Shown here one piece after another: positions 42,123 to 56,734 of a DNA stretch of 64,000 bases. Every line of letters begins with the position of its first letter. Positions within the stretch are counted from its first letter, which is position 1. The notes under the pieces are model-generated. The model saw only the letters and a program-made list of their open reading frames with translations. It was not told the DNA's origin and made no database searches. A program made the translations under genes and the position numbers. Origin of the DNA: Octopus bimaculoides (Eukaryota); the NCBI RefSeq assembly GCF_001194135.2, contig NC_068997.1, positions 54,031,475 to 54,095,474 of the forward strand. Direction: 5' to 3'.

Positions 42123-42496
42123 CTCCCTCTCTCTTTCTCTCCCGCTCTCCAAAGTTCTCAGATTATTTCTATTTTTGTATTGTCTTCTAAGTAAAAGGTT
42201 TTTCAAGTTTATTTCTGAATCTGCATGACAGTGTGTTTTCTTACTACAGTGGACGCACTCACCCATCACACACTCACACAAACGCACGCACGCACAGAGA
42301 ATCTTAATCACATGCGTGTTCATACACATCATGCATACAGTATATGCATACATACACACATAAATACATACATATATATATATTGAAATATGTATACATA
42401 TGTTGATATATCCGGATACATATATATATATACGCACTCGCAAATATATTTGCAAATATATGTATACTGTGAGTGTGTACACACATACGTATATAA

Positions 42497-42529
<33 letters not shown>

Positions 42530-42610
42530 NNNNNNNNNNNNNNNNNNNNNNNNNTATATTTGACAAGGTATTATACATATTGTAGTTATGCCATGATTAT
42601 AACAATACCG

Positions 42611-42681
<71 letters not shown>

Positions 42682-43037
42682 AGGTCATACGTTTCTAGGT
42701 AAGAATGTCATCCTACTTTGTGACCTCCGTTATAAATTAGTCTTATTCTCATGCATAATCTTACACGTTCTCTTCGAATGTTGAACGATACAATCTGAAT
42801 GAATTGAATGCGAAGAATGTTCAGTTTGAAACTCAAAGTAACATCTGCTTTAGTTCAGGAAATATATTCGACCAGAATATTGTAAATATTTGTGAAAGAC
42901 TTCAGGAAGCAGGATATAGAATGATATCGAAAGACGTTGGAAGGAATTGCGTGATCTGTGTATGCTACGTGTGACAGAACACATTGCGTGCAGAAGTGTA
43001 TGTTTAATGTGTCTTCATGTTGTTGTTCTTGTTGTGT

Positions 43038-43555
43038 GGAGGCACGTGATTTAGTGGTTACGGTTAGGGTTGATGGTCGTGAAGTCGTGAGTTCGATACC
43101 GGCACCGCGTTGTGTCTTCCAGCATGACACTTTATTTGAAATTGCTCCACTCCACTCAGCTAGCAAGAATGAGTGGTATCTGTATTACAAAGCGCCAGCC
43201 TTCTCACATTCTGTGTCACACGGAATCTAAGGCTACGCGTGTCTGTGGTGTGCTCACACACTTGCACGTTAATTTCTTCGGATCAACAAGGCGGTGAGCT
43301 GGAAGAATCGTTAGCTCGCCGGGCGAAATGCTTAGCAATATTTCGTCTGTCTTTACGTTCCGAGTTCAAATTCCGCCGAGGTCGACTCTACTTTTCATCC
43401 TTTCGGAGTCAATAAATTAAGTACCAGTGGCGTACTGGGTTCGATCTAATCTTACAAAGAATAAAGCATGTGATCGAATTATTCGACTAAAAGGCGGTGC
43501 TCCAGCATGGCAGCAGTCAAATGACTGAAACAAATAAAAGAATAAAAGAATATAA
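43038..43555 (+). mobile_element. SINE family C with a nested family A copy (43288-43451)
   Basis: C head and body, then an A copy, then tail ggcggtgctccagcatgg...aaataaaagaataaaagaata. Confidence 0.8.
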
Positions 43556-44367
43556 GTATAAATCCGGTGGTGTGGTTCCAGCTCACAAGCCTGGAGTTGT
43601 GGGGATCGAAGAGGCACTCCTTAAATATCATTTCTCAAAGGTCCATTCTGACCCGGAATGGACAGTCCGGGGTTCTATATATGGGTTAAATAGATTTTCC
43701 TGATGTAAATGAAGTTCCCATCATTTTTGACAAAGCCGTGGGGGATGCAGGTGAATCTCTGACATAAAACTTGCAGTCAAAATAGTATGTTGCAATGCCT
43801 ATCACTGGAACCCACTCTGGTGACTGACTTGCAGACACGTAAAAACCTTTTGTTAATTAAATGCAATAATGTCTCACTATTCATCTAATTTCCGTTTTGT
43901 AAATCAGATCAGGCTAATTGTGAGACAGCTATCATCTGACAAAATGAGGCAATTATCATGAATGTATGTATATATGTATGAACATATGTGTGTGTAAGTA
44001 AATATGAGTAAGTGTGTGTGTGTGTGTGTGTTTCTATGTCTGAATTTTTGTTTGCTTTTATGTTCTTGTTCTCACCACTTTTAAAACACACACTTTTTGC
44101 TTTTGTTCCATAACGTAGTGCATCGAAAAAAAGATAGCGATAAGTACCAGACGTAGATATAACTACTAGAATTATTATGAAGGATGAAAGTCCTTGAAGG
44201 TCGCACCCCGAGAGGATGTGCTGCATTGTCTTGGTTATGCAATTTCTCATTAAGTCTGTCCTTGGGTTAAACAATAACAGCAGCAACAACAACAATAACA
44301 GAAACAAGAACAACAGCAGCTACAGAACTCGTCCATTTGTCTTTCCCCATTAATATTTATATTTTGA

Positions 44368-45025
44368 AGGCGGTGAGTTGGTAGAAACGTTAGTACGCCG
44401 GGCGAAATGCTTAGGGGTATTCCGTCTCTCTTAACAATCTGAGTTCAAATTCCGCCGAGGTCGACTTTGCCTTTCATCCTTTCGGGGTCGAAACATTAAG
44501 TACTAGTTGCGTAGTGGGGTCGATTTAATCGACTACCCCCTCCCTCAAATTTCGGGCCTTGTGCCTAGAGTAGAAAAGAGTAATGGTTTTAAGTTTTGGC
44601 ATAAGGCCAGCAAGTTCGCGGGAGGGGACTAGTCGATTACATTGACCCCAGTATATGACTGGTACCTATTTTATTGATCTCGAAAGGATGAAAGGCAACG
44701 TGGACACCGGAGGAATTTGAACTCAGAACGTAGAGAAGAACTAAATGCCGCAAACATTTTGTTCACCATGCTAAAGATTTTGCCACCTCACCACCTTCTA
44801 AATAGTAATATTGGTTTGAAATTTTAACACAATACCTGCAATTTTGGAGGCGGGGGAAAGTCGATTACACGAAACCCAGTGATCAACTGGTACTTAATTC
44901 ATCAACCCCTAACTGTTGAAAGGCAAAGTCGACCTCGACGGAATTTGAACTCAGGACGTATACACTAACGGATTGCTGCGAAGCAGCTTGCCCGGCGTGC
45001 TAACCTTTGTGCCAGCTCACCATCT
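44368..45025. mobile_element. Three adjacent family A SINEs (+ 44368-44580; - 44585-44797; - 44813-45025)
   Basis: Each matches the family consensus in the stated orientation. Confidence 0.9.
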
Positions 45026-47114
45026 TCTATAGGGAAATATTGGTATAGAATAACATAAAGGAACTCATTAGAAAATTATCTTCAATTTGGTTGGACGTTC
45101 TGTAAAATAATTCCCCAACACACCCCCACCCTCTGCGTAGGCAATAAACCAATCGAACATAATTGGTGGCGAATAGATATTGATTGATTTCTTGTGTTAT
45201 ATTTTCCATCAGATCAGCATGGTGTGAGCTGTGCACTCGAGTAAAACAAACGAAGGCCTTGATGTGGAATCTGGGAAACTTCACTTCGATTATCTGGTCC
45301 ATAGCTAAAACAAAACTATTTAGAATCACAGCAAAGGAAAAATCATGCAACAAATTTATTTCTGATCAATAAGAATAGACATGTGGGAGATAAGTAACCC
45401 TTTGAATTTTTGCTCGAGAAATTATATTTATGAATTCCTGCAGAGTTACTCAAAATTCATTCACTCCACAGAAATATGTACATCTTTTAAAGAGGTATAG
45501 TTTTTGTCCATGGAATTTAGAAACTACCAAAAATATCACTGATACTAACTTTATTGTCTTTTTGTTTAGACAAAAGCTAAATCAGTTGACTTTGGTGTTG
45601 GTGGTCTTATTCATTTTCAGCTTAGAGCAGAACAAATAGACCTACTGTTAAAGCGTTCTCACCTTGACCATTCCAATATACTCTGTCTTTTGCCTGTCTA
45701 TACGCTATCGGTAAAAATATTTGTTAATAGTTGACTGTCATACAGTGAAATTTCTTCAGATACTATGGTGACAACACTACATATCTATCTAACTTTCACA
45801 CTCTCTCCCTGTTTCTCCCCCCTCTCTCTCTCTTTCTCTCGCTCTCTCACTATTTCTATCTCAGCAACAACCATTTTGTCTTCGTGAAGCAAATGTTTAT
45901 TCTATCTTTCACACACACTTTCTATATTTCACCCAATTTCTCTCTCGACAACAACAGTAACAACAACAACAACGTGTAATTATGATAAGGGTGTTTTTGT
46001 AAAGTCTGTGTAGCGTTGTTTCTGTGTTGAAAGACATAAAAGGACACACAGACACAAACACAGACACACACATATATACATACACAGAGGAACACACAGA
46101 AATACACACACAAAAGCAACCCAAAAATAAGTATCTATATTGTTATATAGTGAAAGAGTGTTTTTTTAACTTTATAGGTAGAGACGTACACTTAAAATCC
46201 CGGGTATTTGAAATAAAAACTTGTTAGTTACTATGGCGTCAGCACTGCCCATCTATCTATCAATCTATCCTTGATACACTCTATCTCCTTTTATTTCTCT
46301 CTCAATAAAAACAACTTTTTCTCTTCCCTTTCGAGTTCTCCGCATGACCATTCCAACCATCACTTCAAAATTAATTCCTTCTTCAAAACAATAAAACGCG
46401 ATCTGAAGTAACTTTAGTTTCAGTTTCTAGCAATAAAAGAAAACATTCCGATGCCTTTACATCGGTTCATATTTTATAACATCCGCTTTAACACCACTTC
46501 ATGTTCTTGTTTTTATTCTTCTTATTTTAGTACTGTTAACCAAGACTTGTTTTAGTACTCTTAACTCTGTGGCACGTATTTGAAAAAGAACATCTGCAGC
46601 AATTTTACAGCAACGTATCTCCTGTCATTCATCGGTAGATAATTCAGATTTGACATCGTATTCCACAGTATGTCCTATCTGGAAGGGTGTCTTGATATCT
46701 TGGGTTCTGTCCCATCGCCAATGACTAGACTGTAACCAATCTTTCTCAAATGTATGTAAGGCGATGAATGAGATTTGGATAGAATTCCTGCGATCCACAA
46801 ATCATTAAACCTCAAACAAGAATTGAAACTTGGTTATGGATATAGATCATATTCTGAAATATTATCAAACTAATAGTAACATTTTTTAAAAAATCGTTTA
46901 ATTTTTGATTGCTGTTGTTCAGTTTTTATTATATTGCTGTTGTAATGCATCTGTCACTCAAACCTGAACATACGGACGGACTGTGAAGGAGTTCTAACAA
47001 TAACCATCCCGACTTTGTTTGAAGACGAATTGTATGGATTAGATTACTCAATATTCCCTTCTTTTTCAAATCAATAGAACAGGATTAAAACAAGTTTTGG
47101 TTACAGTTTCTTAC

Positions 47115-47153
47115 CGTTTAAGACATCACGAATGGACCTCACTGCTTCGATTA
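47115..47153 (-). CDS. Candidate exon 4 (V-IEAVRSIRDVLN-E), phase 1 to 1
   Basis: Strong donor ACG|gtaaga, acceptor ccattcactaag|, 39 nt, amphipathic-helix pattern, in phase. Confidence 0.55.
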
Positions 47154-47651
47154 CTTAGTGAATGGCTGAGACGGCGTGGAACCATAAAAAAGTGGATAAA
47201 ATGCATTATAGCATTTTGTCTTATCCGTCTGCCTACTGCTGTCAAATCTCATAGTAGTTAATTTGTCAATTTTTTATTTTCTATTTTTCTTCTCCCGTAG
47301 TCCATCTCCTAAACATCTACAATACATTATTTGTCAATATATTCCCCTGTAGTTTAGATGATAAACATCCACTATACATTAGTATTGATACATTCAAGTA
47401 TAAACTATCACAGCTATTGACATTTTGTTTGTGTTTTGGAAGAGGGGTGTATGAGCAAAACAAAGAGATTTCAGTATTATTTTCCAAGCTAATATTTCAC
47501 ATCTTGTTGTGAGTTTATAACGCATGCTTCTCAGAACCAAAGTCGAGCGCCTGATCGATTCCTTCAATAATGTTGCATACATACATACATACATACATGC
47601 ATGCAAACATTACATATATATATATATAAATAAATATACGCGCACATATGC

Positions 47652-47692
<41 letters not shown>

Positions 47693-47701
47693 CATACATA
47701 T

Positions 47702-48418
47702 NNNNNNNNNNNNNNNNNNNNNNNNNNNNNNNNNNNNNNNNNNNNNNNNNNNNNNNNNNNNNNNNNNNNNNNNNNNNNNNNNNNNNNNNNNNNNNNNNNN
47801 NNNNNNNNNNNNNNNNNNNNNNNNNNNNNNNNNNNNNNNNNNNNNNNNNNNNNNNNNNNNNNNNNNNNNNNNNNNNNNNNNNNNNNNNNNNNNNNNNNNN
47901 NNNNNNNNNNNNNNNNNNNNNNNNNNNNNNNNNNNNNNNNNNNNNNNNNNNNNNNNNNNNNNNNNNNNNNNNNNNNNNNNNNNNNNNNNNNNNNNNNNNN
48001 NNNNNNNNNNNNNNNNNNNNNNNNNNNNNNNNNNNNNNNNNNNNNNNNNNNNNNNNNNNNNNNNNNNNNNNNNNNNNNNNNNNNNNNNNNNNNNNNNNNN
48101 NNNNNNNNNNNNNNNNNNNNNNNNNNNNNNNNNNNNNNNNNNNNNNNNNNNNNNNNNNNNNNNNNNNNNNNNNNNNNNNNNNNNNNNNNNNNNNNNNNNN
48201 NNNNNNNNNNNNNNNNNNNNNNNNNNNNNNNNNNNNNNNNNNNNNNNNNNNNNNNNNNNNNNNNNNNNNNNNNNNNNNNNNNNNNNNNNNNNNNNNNNNN
48301 NNNNNNNNNNNNNNNNNNNNNNNNNNNNNNNNNNNNNNNNNNNNNNNNNNNNNNNNNNNNNNNNNNNNNNNNNNNNNNNNNNNNNNNNNNNNNNNNNNNN
48401 NNNNNNNNNNNNNNNNNN
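47702..48418. other. Assembly gap (one of many N runs, mostly flanked by microsatellites)
   Basis: N run. Gaps could hide further exons. Confidence 1.
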
Positions 48419-48521
48419 AAGAAGAAGAAGAAGAAGAAGAAGAAGAAGAAGAAGAAGAAGAAGAAGAAGAAGAAGAAGAAGAAGAAGAAGAAGAAGAAGA
48501 AGAAGAAGAAGAAGAAGAAGA
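48419..48521. repeat. Pure (GAA)n tract running into an assembly gap
   Basis: Directly visible; a second tract lies at 49628-49706. Confidence 0.95.
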
Positions 48522-49241
48522 AAAGATGAAAAAAAGAATTATAAGATGAAAAATAATTATGATAATGATGATAATAATAATAATAACAGAAGAAGAAGAA
48601 GAAGAAGAAGAAGAAAAAGAAGAAGAAGAGACATGCAGTAAAATTCTTTGATATTTTCCATATCCTAATACCATTATCCAACGTGGGTTTCTTTATATAT
48701 TTTTTATGCAGTATAATCTCCACATGCACATATGCATGTATGCATGTATGTGTGCATGCACGTATGCCTGTATTCATGTATGCATATACATATATATATG
48801 TGTGTATGTATATGTACGTATGTATATAAATGTGTATGTTTAAATATATATTCAATATTTTTTTTCTTTCATGGTTTTCGATATTTCTTCACTGCAGGAA
48901 TATCTGCGGTTCTACCAGTCATCAATGCCAGGCAGCATATTCACGTCTTAATGTATATTTATGTAAAGGGTAATATATTGTTATGCATGGCTTGATTCAA
49001 GTTAATAGAAACTGTCTCATCGCGATGCTTTTGGGGTGGGAGAGATAGAAAAAACAGAATAAAACTCTCGGTTGTAGAAGGAAATTAAAAGAAAAAAATG
49101 TAATAAAACCATAAAAATACAGAATTTGCAAAAATCTTCTTTTCTTCAACAAGCTAAGCTGTTCATGTATTATACATATATACATAATAGATACATGCAC
49201 ACGTACATATGAACACGCATATTTACATATCTACGTAAGTG

Positions 49242-49289
<48 letters not shown>

Positions 49290-49565
49290 TGTGTGTGTGC
49301 ATACAAGTGTACGTACGTATGAATGTATTCTGAATGCATGTATGGATGTATGGATGTTTATGTATTACTGTATATATGTATGTATGTATATATGTATATA
49401 TATATATATATATATATGTATTATGAGATATGTGACTTTCATGGACTTTCCATATGCATTCGTATGCAAATAGAAATATTTTAAACATTTTGAGTTTTTC
49501 CTCCTACCCAGAGAAAATGTCATTAAATTTTCACTTTTTTATAGTAATAATAATAATAATAACAC

Positions 49566-49596
<31 letters not shown>

Positions 49597-49626
49597 NNNN
49601 NNNNNNAATAATAATAATAATAATAA

Positions 49627-49657
<31 letters not shown>

Positions 49658-50694
49658 AAGAAGAAGAAGAAGAAGAAGAAGAAGAAGAAGAAGAAGAAGA
49701 AGAAGAATTCTTATTTTGGTACAATGCCAACGAATTTGCGAGATGGAAAATTGGATAACATTAACCCTATTGACCGCAGTGTTCAACTGGTACTTATTTT
49801 TTCGACCCCGAGACGATGAATGGCAGAGCCAGCCTCCGCTCAGCTCGACCTTACCTTTTCAATGACACAATGCGACAGCTGAGGGTACATTACGGAAACA
49901 ATTTACAAGCAAATGTGGCGGACAGAGGCCGGTTGAGAAACCAAGTGAATGAAAAAAGAGCGGGAAAAATACCGTACACAACATACTGGCTAGTGTACTC
50001 TGCAAGGGGTATAGCAGAGTCTAACCTACTTAATGATCGTTTGTATAATCCTAAATAACGAATATGAATTCTTACTCTAAGCTAAGATAACTCGGCTGAC
50101 TTGCTTTCAGGTCCGCAAATTCATGATAGATTCGCAGTAATTTTGAAATGCAGAATTAACTCAGGAGAGATTTCATTTCAAAAGATAATGATTTAGAACT
50201 ACATATCCCAGACACGTTCGTCTGTGGCTCCACCGTTTCCAGTCATTCTCCGCAAATAATAACCCCATGTTTCAACAATTGCCAAAAGACAGCAATTGTG
50301 TATTTTAGTCGGCATTTCGTTGTCACTTAATACAATCTGAAAGCCAGTTTCTACATAATGCCCACATTTCCACACCCATTTCCTAAATTTAATTTGAAAC
50401 CGACGCAAATGCAATTATTTCAATTATAAAATAATTTCTCAGATTAATTTTCGATCCCACCTCGGATTCACAAAATATTTGAAATGGATTGTTTGAAACG
50501 TCTTTACACGCACACCTCATTTTCAATTATTGTAGATGAACCACTCATTGTAATAACCGTCAGCATTAGAATCCTGTATACCATCATCATCATCATCGTT
50601 GTCGTCATGATGATGATGATGATGATGATCATCATCATCACCTGCAGCAGCAGCATCATCTTCATCATCGTTTAATGTGAAGCAATTATATTTG

Positions 50695-50935
50695 AGGCGC
50701 GTGACCTGGTGGTTAAAGTGCTGTATTCACGATCGTAAAATTGTGGTTTCGATTCCTGGACCGGGCGACGCGTTGTGTCCTTGAGCAAAACACTTTCTTT
50801 CACGCTGCAACAGTCCACTCAGCTGGCGAAAATGAGTTAATCCTGCGACGGCCCAGTGTTCCGTCCACGACTAAAATATATATTCGCCATGGAAATCGTG
50901 GAAACGGCCTTACAAACCCTTATCACTCGGAGAGG
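50695..50935 (+). mobile_element. SINE family C
   Basis: ggcgcgtgacctggtggttaaagtg...gcgttgtgtccttgagcaaaacac...cagtccactcagctggcgaaaatgagt. Confidence 0.8.
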
Positions 50936-50988
50936 AAATTTGCTTTGCCTTTTTATCATTTTAAAAAAGAAAATCCTTATTAACAATG

Positions 50989-51242
50989 CTTTCAAATTTT
51001 AGTGCAAGGCTGGCAAATCCAGAGCGGAGCTAAATCAATCACATCCACCCCAGTGTTCAACTGGTACTTATTTTATCGACCCAGCCTCGTCTGAATTTCA
51101 ATGTAAAGACGGACGAAATGCCGCTAAACATTTTGTCCGGCTTGCCAAAGTTTCTGCCTGCTCTCCACATTTTACATTATAATCAGTATTGCTACACCAA
51201 GCTGCTGGAATCATTACTGCGCTTGTATTATTATTATTATCA

Positions 51243-51339
<97 letters not shown>

Positions 51340-51341
51340 CA

Positions 51342-51396
<55 letters not shown>

Positions 51397-51534
51397 AATT
51401 TCGCCGAGTTCGACTTTGCCCTTCATACTTTCGGGGTGGATAAATTAAGTATCAGTTGCATACTGGGGTCGATCTAATCGAATGGCCCCCTCCCCCAAAA
51501 TTTCGAGCCTTGTGCCTAGAGTAGAAAAGAATGA

Positions 51535-51565
<31 letters not shown>

Positions 51566-51730
51566 ATTATTATTATTATTATTATTATCATTATTATTAT
51601 TATTATTAATTTCGCCTAGGTCGACTTTACCATTCATCCTTTCGGGGTCGAGAAATTAAGTACCAGTGAACGACTGGGTGTTGATGTAAACGACTTGTCC
51701 CCTTCCGTAAAATTTCTATATTAGAAAGGA
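50989..51730. mobile_element. Family A SINE cluster (- 50989-51168; + 51393-51531; + 51608-51730) interleaved with (ATT)n
   Basis: Consensus matches separated by long ATT tracts. Confidence 0.85.
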
Positions 51731-52400
51731 TTATTGTTGTTGTTGTTGTTGTTGTTGTTGTCGTCATTGCTGATGTTGCTGTTGTCTCCTGCTTTAGCAA
51801 GTTTTCGTTTTACGTGTCTCGGTGATTTCTTTCTATTATTGCCGCATTACTAATTATTTCTTCTCAAATAATTTCGAAAGCGAATTATTTCTACATCCTG
51901 GGGAAGACTTTATGAAATGTTTCATTGAAACAAATTTATTTTTCTATTTCTCTTTCAAACACAAATTCTAAACCTCACCTCTATTACAACAACAACAACA
52001 ACAACAATAAACAATATAACCAAAAAGTACAATTTTAAGAAACCGAAGAAGAAAATTAACAGAATTCGATGTAAAAACACGTACAATTCAATAAGAGAAA
52101 GTATTTTCTGGCCATTATTGATGTATTCAGAGAAAGTAGGTGACACCTTTAGTCATAGAAACATCGACAATGACAACGACGATGGTGTTGATGGCGAGAT
52201 TTGGACACGAATGCCACGTAAATTTGTAAACAAATATAATTTTGCTTCTGTTGCCAGAGCAACGTATAAACTAGCTATGACAAAACACATGCAGACGACA
52301 GTAATTTTGCAGAATTATGTGAAGCGTGACTAAGAATGTCTTACCTAAAAAATACATGCATGGAATGGCTAACAGATAAGTTCATGTATTTTAATTTTCT

Positions 52401-52796
52401 AGGCGCAGGCGTGGCTTTGTGGTAAGAAGTTTGCTTCCGAAACACGCTTCCAGGTCCACAGCTTCAGTCTAATTGCGTGGCACCTTAGCAAAGTGGTTTC
52501 TACTGAAGCCTCGGGCCGGGCAAGTACTCGTGAGTGGATTTGAGCGACGGAAACTGATAGAAGTCCGTCGTGTAAACATATATATCTATATATATATACG
52601 TCTGTGTGGGGGGAGTTACACAACTGGAAGTGTTATTGTTACGTACCCGTAACTTAGAAACCAATAGAATAAATACCAGGGTTTTAAAATATAATGCTTA
52701 CTGGGGTCGTTTCATTCGAGAAAAAGAACATTTTCTTCAAGGCGCTGCCCCAGCATGACAGCGGTCTAATGCCTGAAACAAGTTAAAATATAAAAG
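52401..52796 (+). mobile_element. SINE family B, near full length
   Basis: ggcgcaggcgtggctttgtggtaagaagtttgcttcc...ggcgctgccccagcatg...gaaacaag. Confidence 0.85.
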
Positions 52797-52883
52797 ACCA
52801 AAAATACGATAACATGATGAAGGTGCTTTCAGCTTTCCTGTGAAACGGACGTTGGTTCAGGTCATCTTCGATTAGTCGGGAGG

Positions 52884-52955
<72 letters not shown>

Positions 52956-53011
52956 TATTATTATTGTTATTATTATTATTATTACTATTATTATTATTGT
53001 TATTATTGTAG

Positions 53012-53222
53012 AAGTGAGGGGGCAGAATCGTTAGCAAGCCGGGTGAAATGCTTAGTGGTATTTCGCCCTTCGCAATTTACTGAGTTCATATTCCGCCGAG
53101 GTCGACTTTGCCTTTCATCCTTTCGGGGATCGATAAATTAAGTACAAGTTGCATACTGGGGTCTATCTAATTGACTGGCCCCTCTCCCTAATCATTTCGG
53201 GCCTTGTGCTGTGAGTAAAAAG

Positions 53223-53223
<1 letters not shown>
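53012..53223 (+). mobile_element. SINE family A inside an (ATT)n tract
   Basis: Consensus match; ATT repeats on both flanks. Confidence 0.9.
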
Positions 53224-53256
<33 letters not shown>

Positions 53257-54174
53257 GGGAACCCATCCTCGTTACTACCATCATCATCATCATCATTATC
53301 AGCAACAACATCATCATCATCATCATCGTCATCAACAACACCATCATCATCAACATCACCATTATCATCAACATCATCGTCATAACGTTCTATTACAATA
53401 ATAGAAATGACAATCGATATTGATGAATTATTTATTTGTGAAAAGAAAAAAAAAACAATTTTCAAAAAGAATAAAAACATAGAATCATAGTATTTTGGAA
53501 ANNNNNNNNNNNNNNNNNNNNNNNNNNNNNNNNNNNNNNNNNNNNNNNNNNNNNNNNNNNNNNNNNNNNNNNNNNNNNNNNNNNNNNNNNNNNNNNNNNN
53601 NNNNNNNNNNNNNNNNNNNNNNNNNNNNNNNNNNNNNNNNNNNNNNNNNNNNNNNNNNNNNNNNNNNNNNNNNNNNNNNNNNNNNNNNNNNNNNNNNNNN
53701 NNNNNNNNNNNNNNNNNNNNNNNNNNNNNNNNNNNNNNNNNNNNNNNNNNNNNNNNNNNNNNNNNNNNNNNNNNNNNNNNNNNNNNNNNNNNNNNNNNNN
53801 NNNNNNNNNNNNNNNNNNNNNNNNNNNNNNNNNNNNNNNNNNNNNNNNNNNNNNNNNNNNNNNNNNNNNNNNNNNNNNNNNNNNNNNNNNNNNNNNNNNN
53901 NNNNNNNNNNNNNNNNNNNNNNNNNNNNNNNNNNNNNNNNNNNNNNNNNNNNNNNNNNNNNNNNNNNNNNNNNNNNNNNNNNNNNNNNNNNNNNNNNNNN
54001 NNNNNNNNNNNNNNNNNNNNNNNNCTAAGGCATATTTCTTTGAATATATTTAACTGCATGGAGCTTCGCAAGATTCACTCGTTGCTTTGACTGTGTGTGT
54101 GTGTGTGTGTGTGTATGTGTGGGTGTGTGTGTGCCTCTGTTGTCTGTGTGTGAATATACAGAGAGAAAGGGAGA

Positions 54175-54230
<56 letters not shown>

Positions 54231-55156
54231 GGGACAGACAGACAGGCAGAGATGGGCGATGTTACAAAAAGCGTGCAACCAACAGCTTCTATTCCTTACT
54301 GCTCGTCATTTGCCTTCAACCCTCCTCGCTTTCCGTCTTCTCCATCGATTGGTACTCATCTTACCCAGCATTATCACGTCACGGAATGTTAATATTTGTC
54401 TCTGTGTCTGCTATTTATATGCGTCGTTAATGGTGAATGTATGTGTGTAATTGCTCTATATTCATTTATGATCATTCTTTAGTATTTATGTGTGTAAGGC
54501 TGTGTAATCGAGAGATACGAGTAGTTTTTCCTTATCTAGTTACCCTAGTATTCAGGTGAATGCACCAGAGCAGGCAACCGATCTAAAGGTAGCGCTTCGA
54601 TTGTAAAAGCAAACCCAACACATTTAGCACTGATACTTTGCATCTACATAAAACATATCAGCGTCCGTTTAGTTGTGTTATGAATTCCATCAGGTTTTGG
54701 GTGGCCTAAAACTTTTTGGGTACAAAATAAGTAAACATATTCATCCTGTTATCCCGAATAATCCAAGGAATTTCAGAACCAACTGTCAATGATAAACGCA
54801 TTAATTTAATGAGAACTCGTAAAACCAATATATTTGTCTTCATTTTCTGTTCTGAAAAGCTCTTAATTAATGTTTTCATTAAATGATTTTCAGGTCTCAG
54901 CGGGGGTGGGGGGTGGGGGGTTTGTTATCAAATTTCATTTATGTATGTAGTATTAACGTCTTGTCAACAATCATTTGCAACACGGCATACACGCATACAT
55001 ACCTTCATGCATAATTACAGACATACACACACTTACACATACAGTGACACACAGAGAGACACGTGCGCGCACACAGACACACACACATATATGTATGTAT
55101 GTATTAATGCATGTATGTGTGTTTATCTATCTAACTATCTATCTGTCTATCTATCA

Positions 55157-55215
<59 letters not shown>

Positions 55216-55859
55216 AACACGGATAAGCACATATATTATATGCTTACGTGTTTTATATGCACGCCGCAAGTACACACACACGCACTCACACACTCACTCA
55301 CACACATAATTTGAGATTCTGCTATTCCAGCGGCAAATAAAATAAATTATATTTAAGTAGTATTGAACAGAGCAAATGGTGTATCCATACAGATTATCTC
55401 GTCGAAGCTCGAAATTCTCTTAATTGCTCCCACACAAACTTTACTCCTGAGAATGTAAATCATTATTCATTAAAATGTTAGTGATTAGAACAAGAAACAC
55501 GAAAATTTCCACGTGAAATTACACCGTAAATAACCTCTTATTGTGGGTGAAAATATACATATATGACAACATTGAATCTTTCTCGGCATTGTGACACAAG
55601 GTTTGGATAGATTAGCGATATAAAATAACCATTAGAATGATTAGGATCTCATTAAGTAACACATAATGAAATACACTAGGAATGAGAAATGTTTAATTAA
55701 AATTATAAAGCAAGAACAATTTTCCTTCTCTTTTTTTTTTTCCCACTTTTTACTGAGTTTCTAATCTCATGTTGCGTGATAATAATAAGCTAACCGAAGT
55801 GTTAAAAGTGCGGTACCAACGTTCGATTCTCTGTTGAAGATTGTCACTTCATATATGAT

Positions 55860-56069
55860 GGTTTCAGATTTTGGCACAAGGCCAGCAATTTCGGGGTAGA
55901 AGTAAGTCGATTACAACGACGCCAGCACACAACTGGTACTCATTTTATCGTCCCCGAAAGGATGAAAGGTAAGTTCAACCTCAGCGGAATTTGAACTCGG
56001 TGCGTAAAGACGGACGATATACCGCTTAGCATTTGTCCGGCATGATAACAATTATGCCAGGTCACGGCC
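55860..56069 (-). mobile_element. SINE family A
   Basis: Reverse-complement consensus match. Confidence 0.85.
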
Positions 56070-56734
56070 TGATTATTTCTTTTATAATAGGTTCAGATTT
56101 TGATACAAAGCCAACAGTTTTGGAGAAGGTATAGGTCAATTATATGAAGCCCTGAGTCCATTTAGTATGGAAAATTACAGAAGTTATTTGGACGGTGACA
56201 AGAATCGTTAGTGCGTGTGGTAGGTGTAGCAGCTCCCTAACAACCCCATCATTTGGAGGAATGCTGCCACTAGAACAAGCACCGGACTAAAACAGTGTCA
56301 CTGCCCATCCGGCTATTCAAAATGGCGGGGGTCTACGTAGACGCGCGTTTGTTTCATTCTATCCATCTCAAGATAGATCTTTGCACCCAAAATATAAAAG
56401 TATTTTAATCTTTCTGTATCGTTAGAAGCTTTCCTCATTTCTCATTAGATGTGATATTCGATCACGTATAGCACGTTGCTTCCTCATAAGTTGGTTTTAA
56501 ATGACATTCGATTTGCGCGAGATTGCATCTCCTTTACGCTGTATATACCTCATGTTTAATCAGCAACTGACACCATATGCACCACCATTGATCTCAAAAA
56601 TATATTTTGCATGTTAAAGTTGCCCTTCCAATATCCAAGGAATGTGCTGTATAGAATGGGTGAAGAGGCTTCTTGTCCATGGTATGTAAATTCCGATAGG
56701 AGTTCATATTTTGTTATTACAAAAACTAAATATA

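Noticed and set aside
43560-43870. GC-richer block resembling a LINE 3'UTR
   Set aside because: Single copy in the window, no translatable motif, cannot classify.
46650-46735. Plus-strand FDIVFHSMSYLEGCLDILGSVPSPMTRL
   Set aside because: Weak donor, stop immediately after, no partner exons found.
50989-53223. Repeat-spacer-like layout as a CRISPR array
   Set aside because: Units are SINE copies separated by microsatellites in animal DNA, with no constant repeat length and no cas genes.
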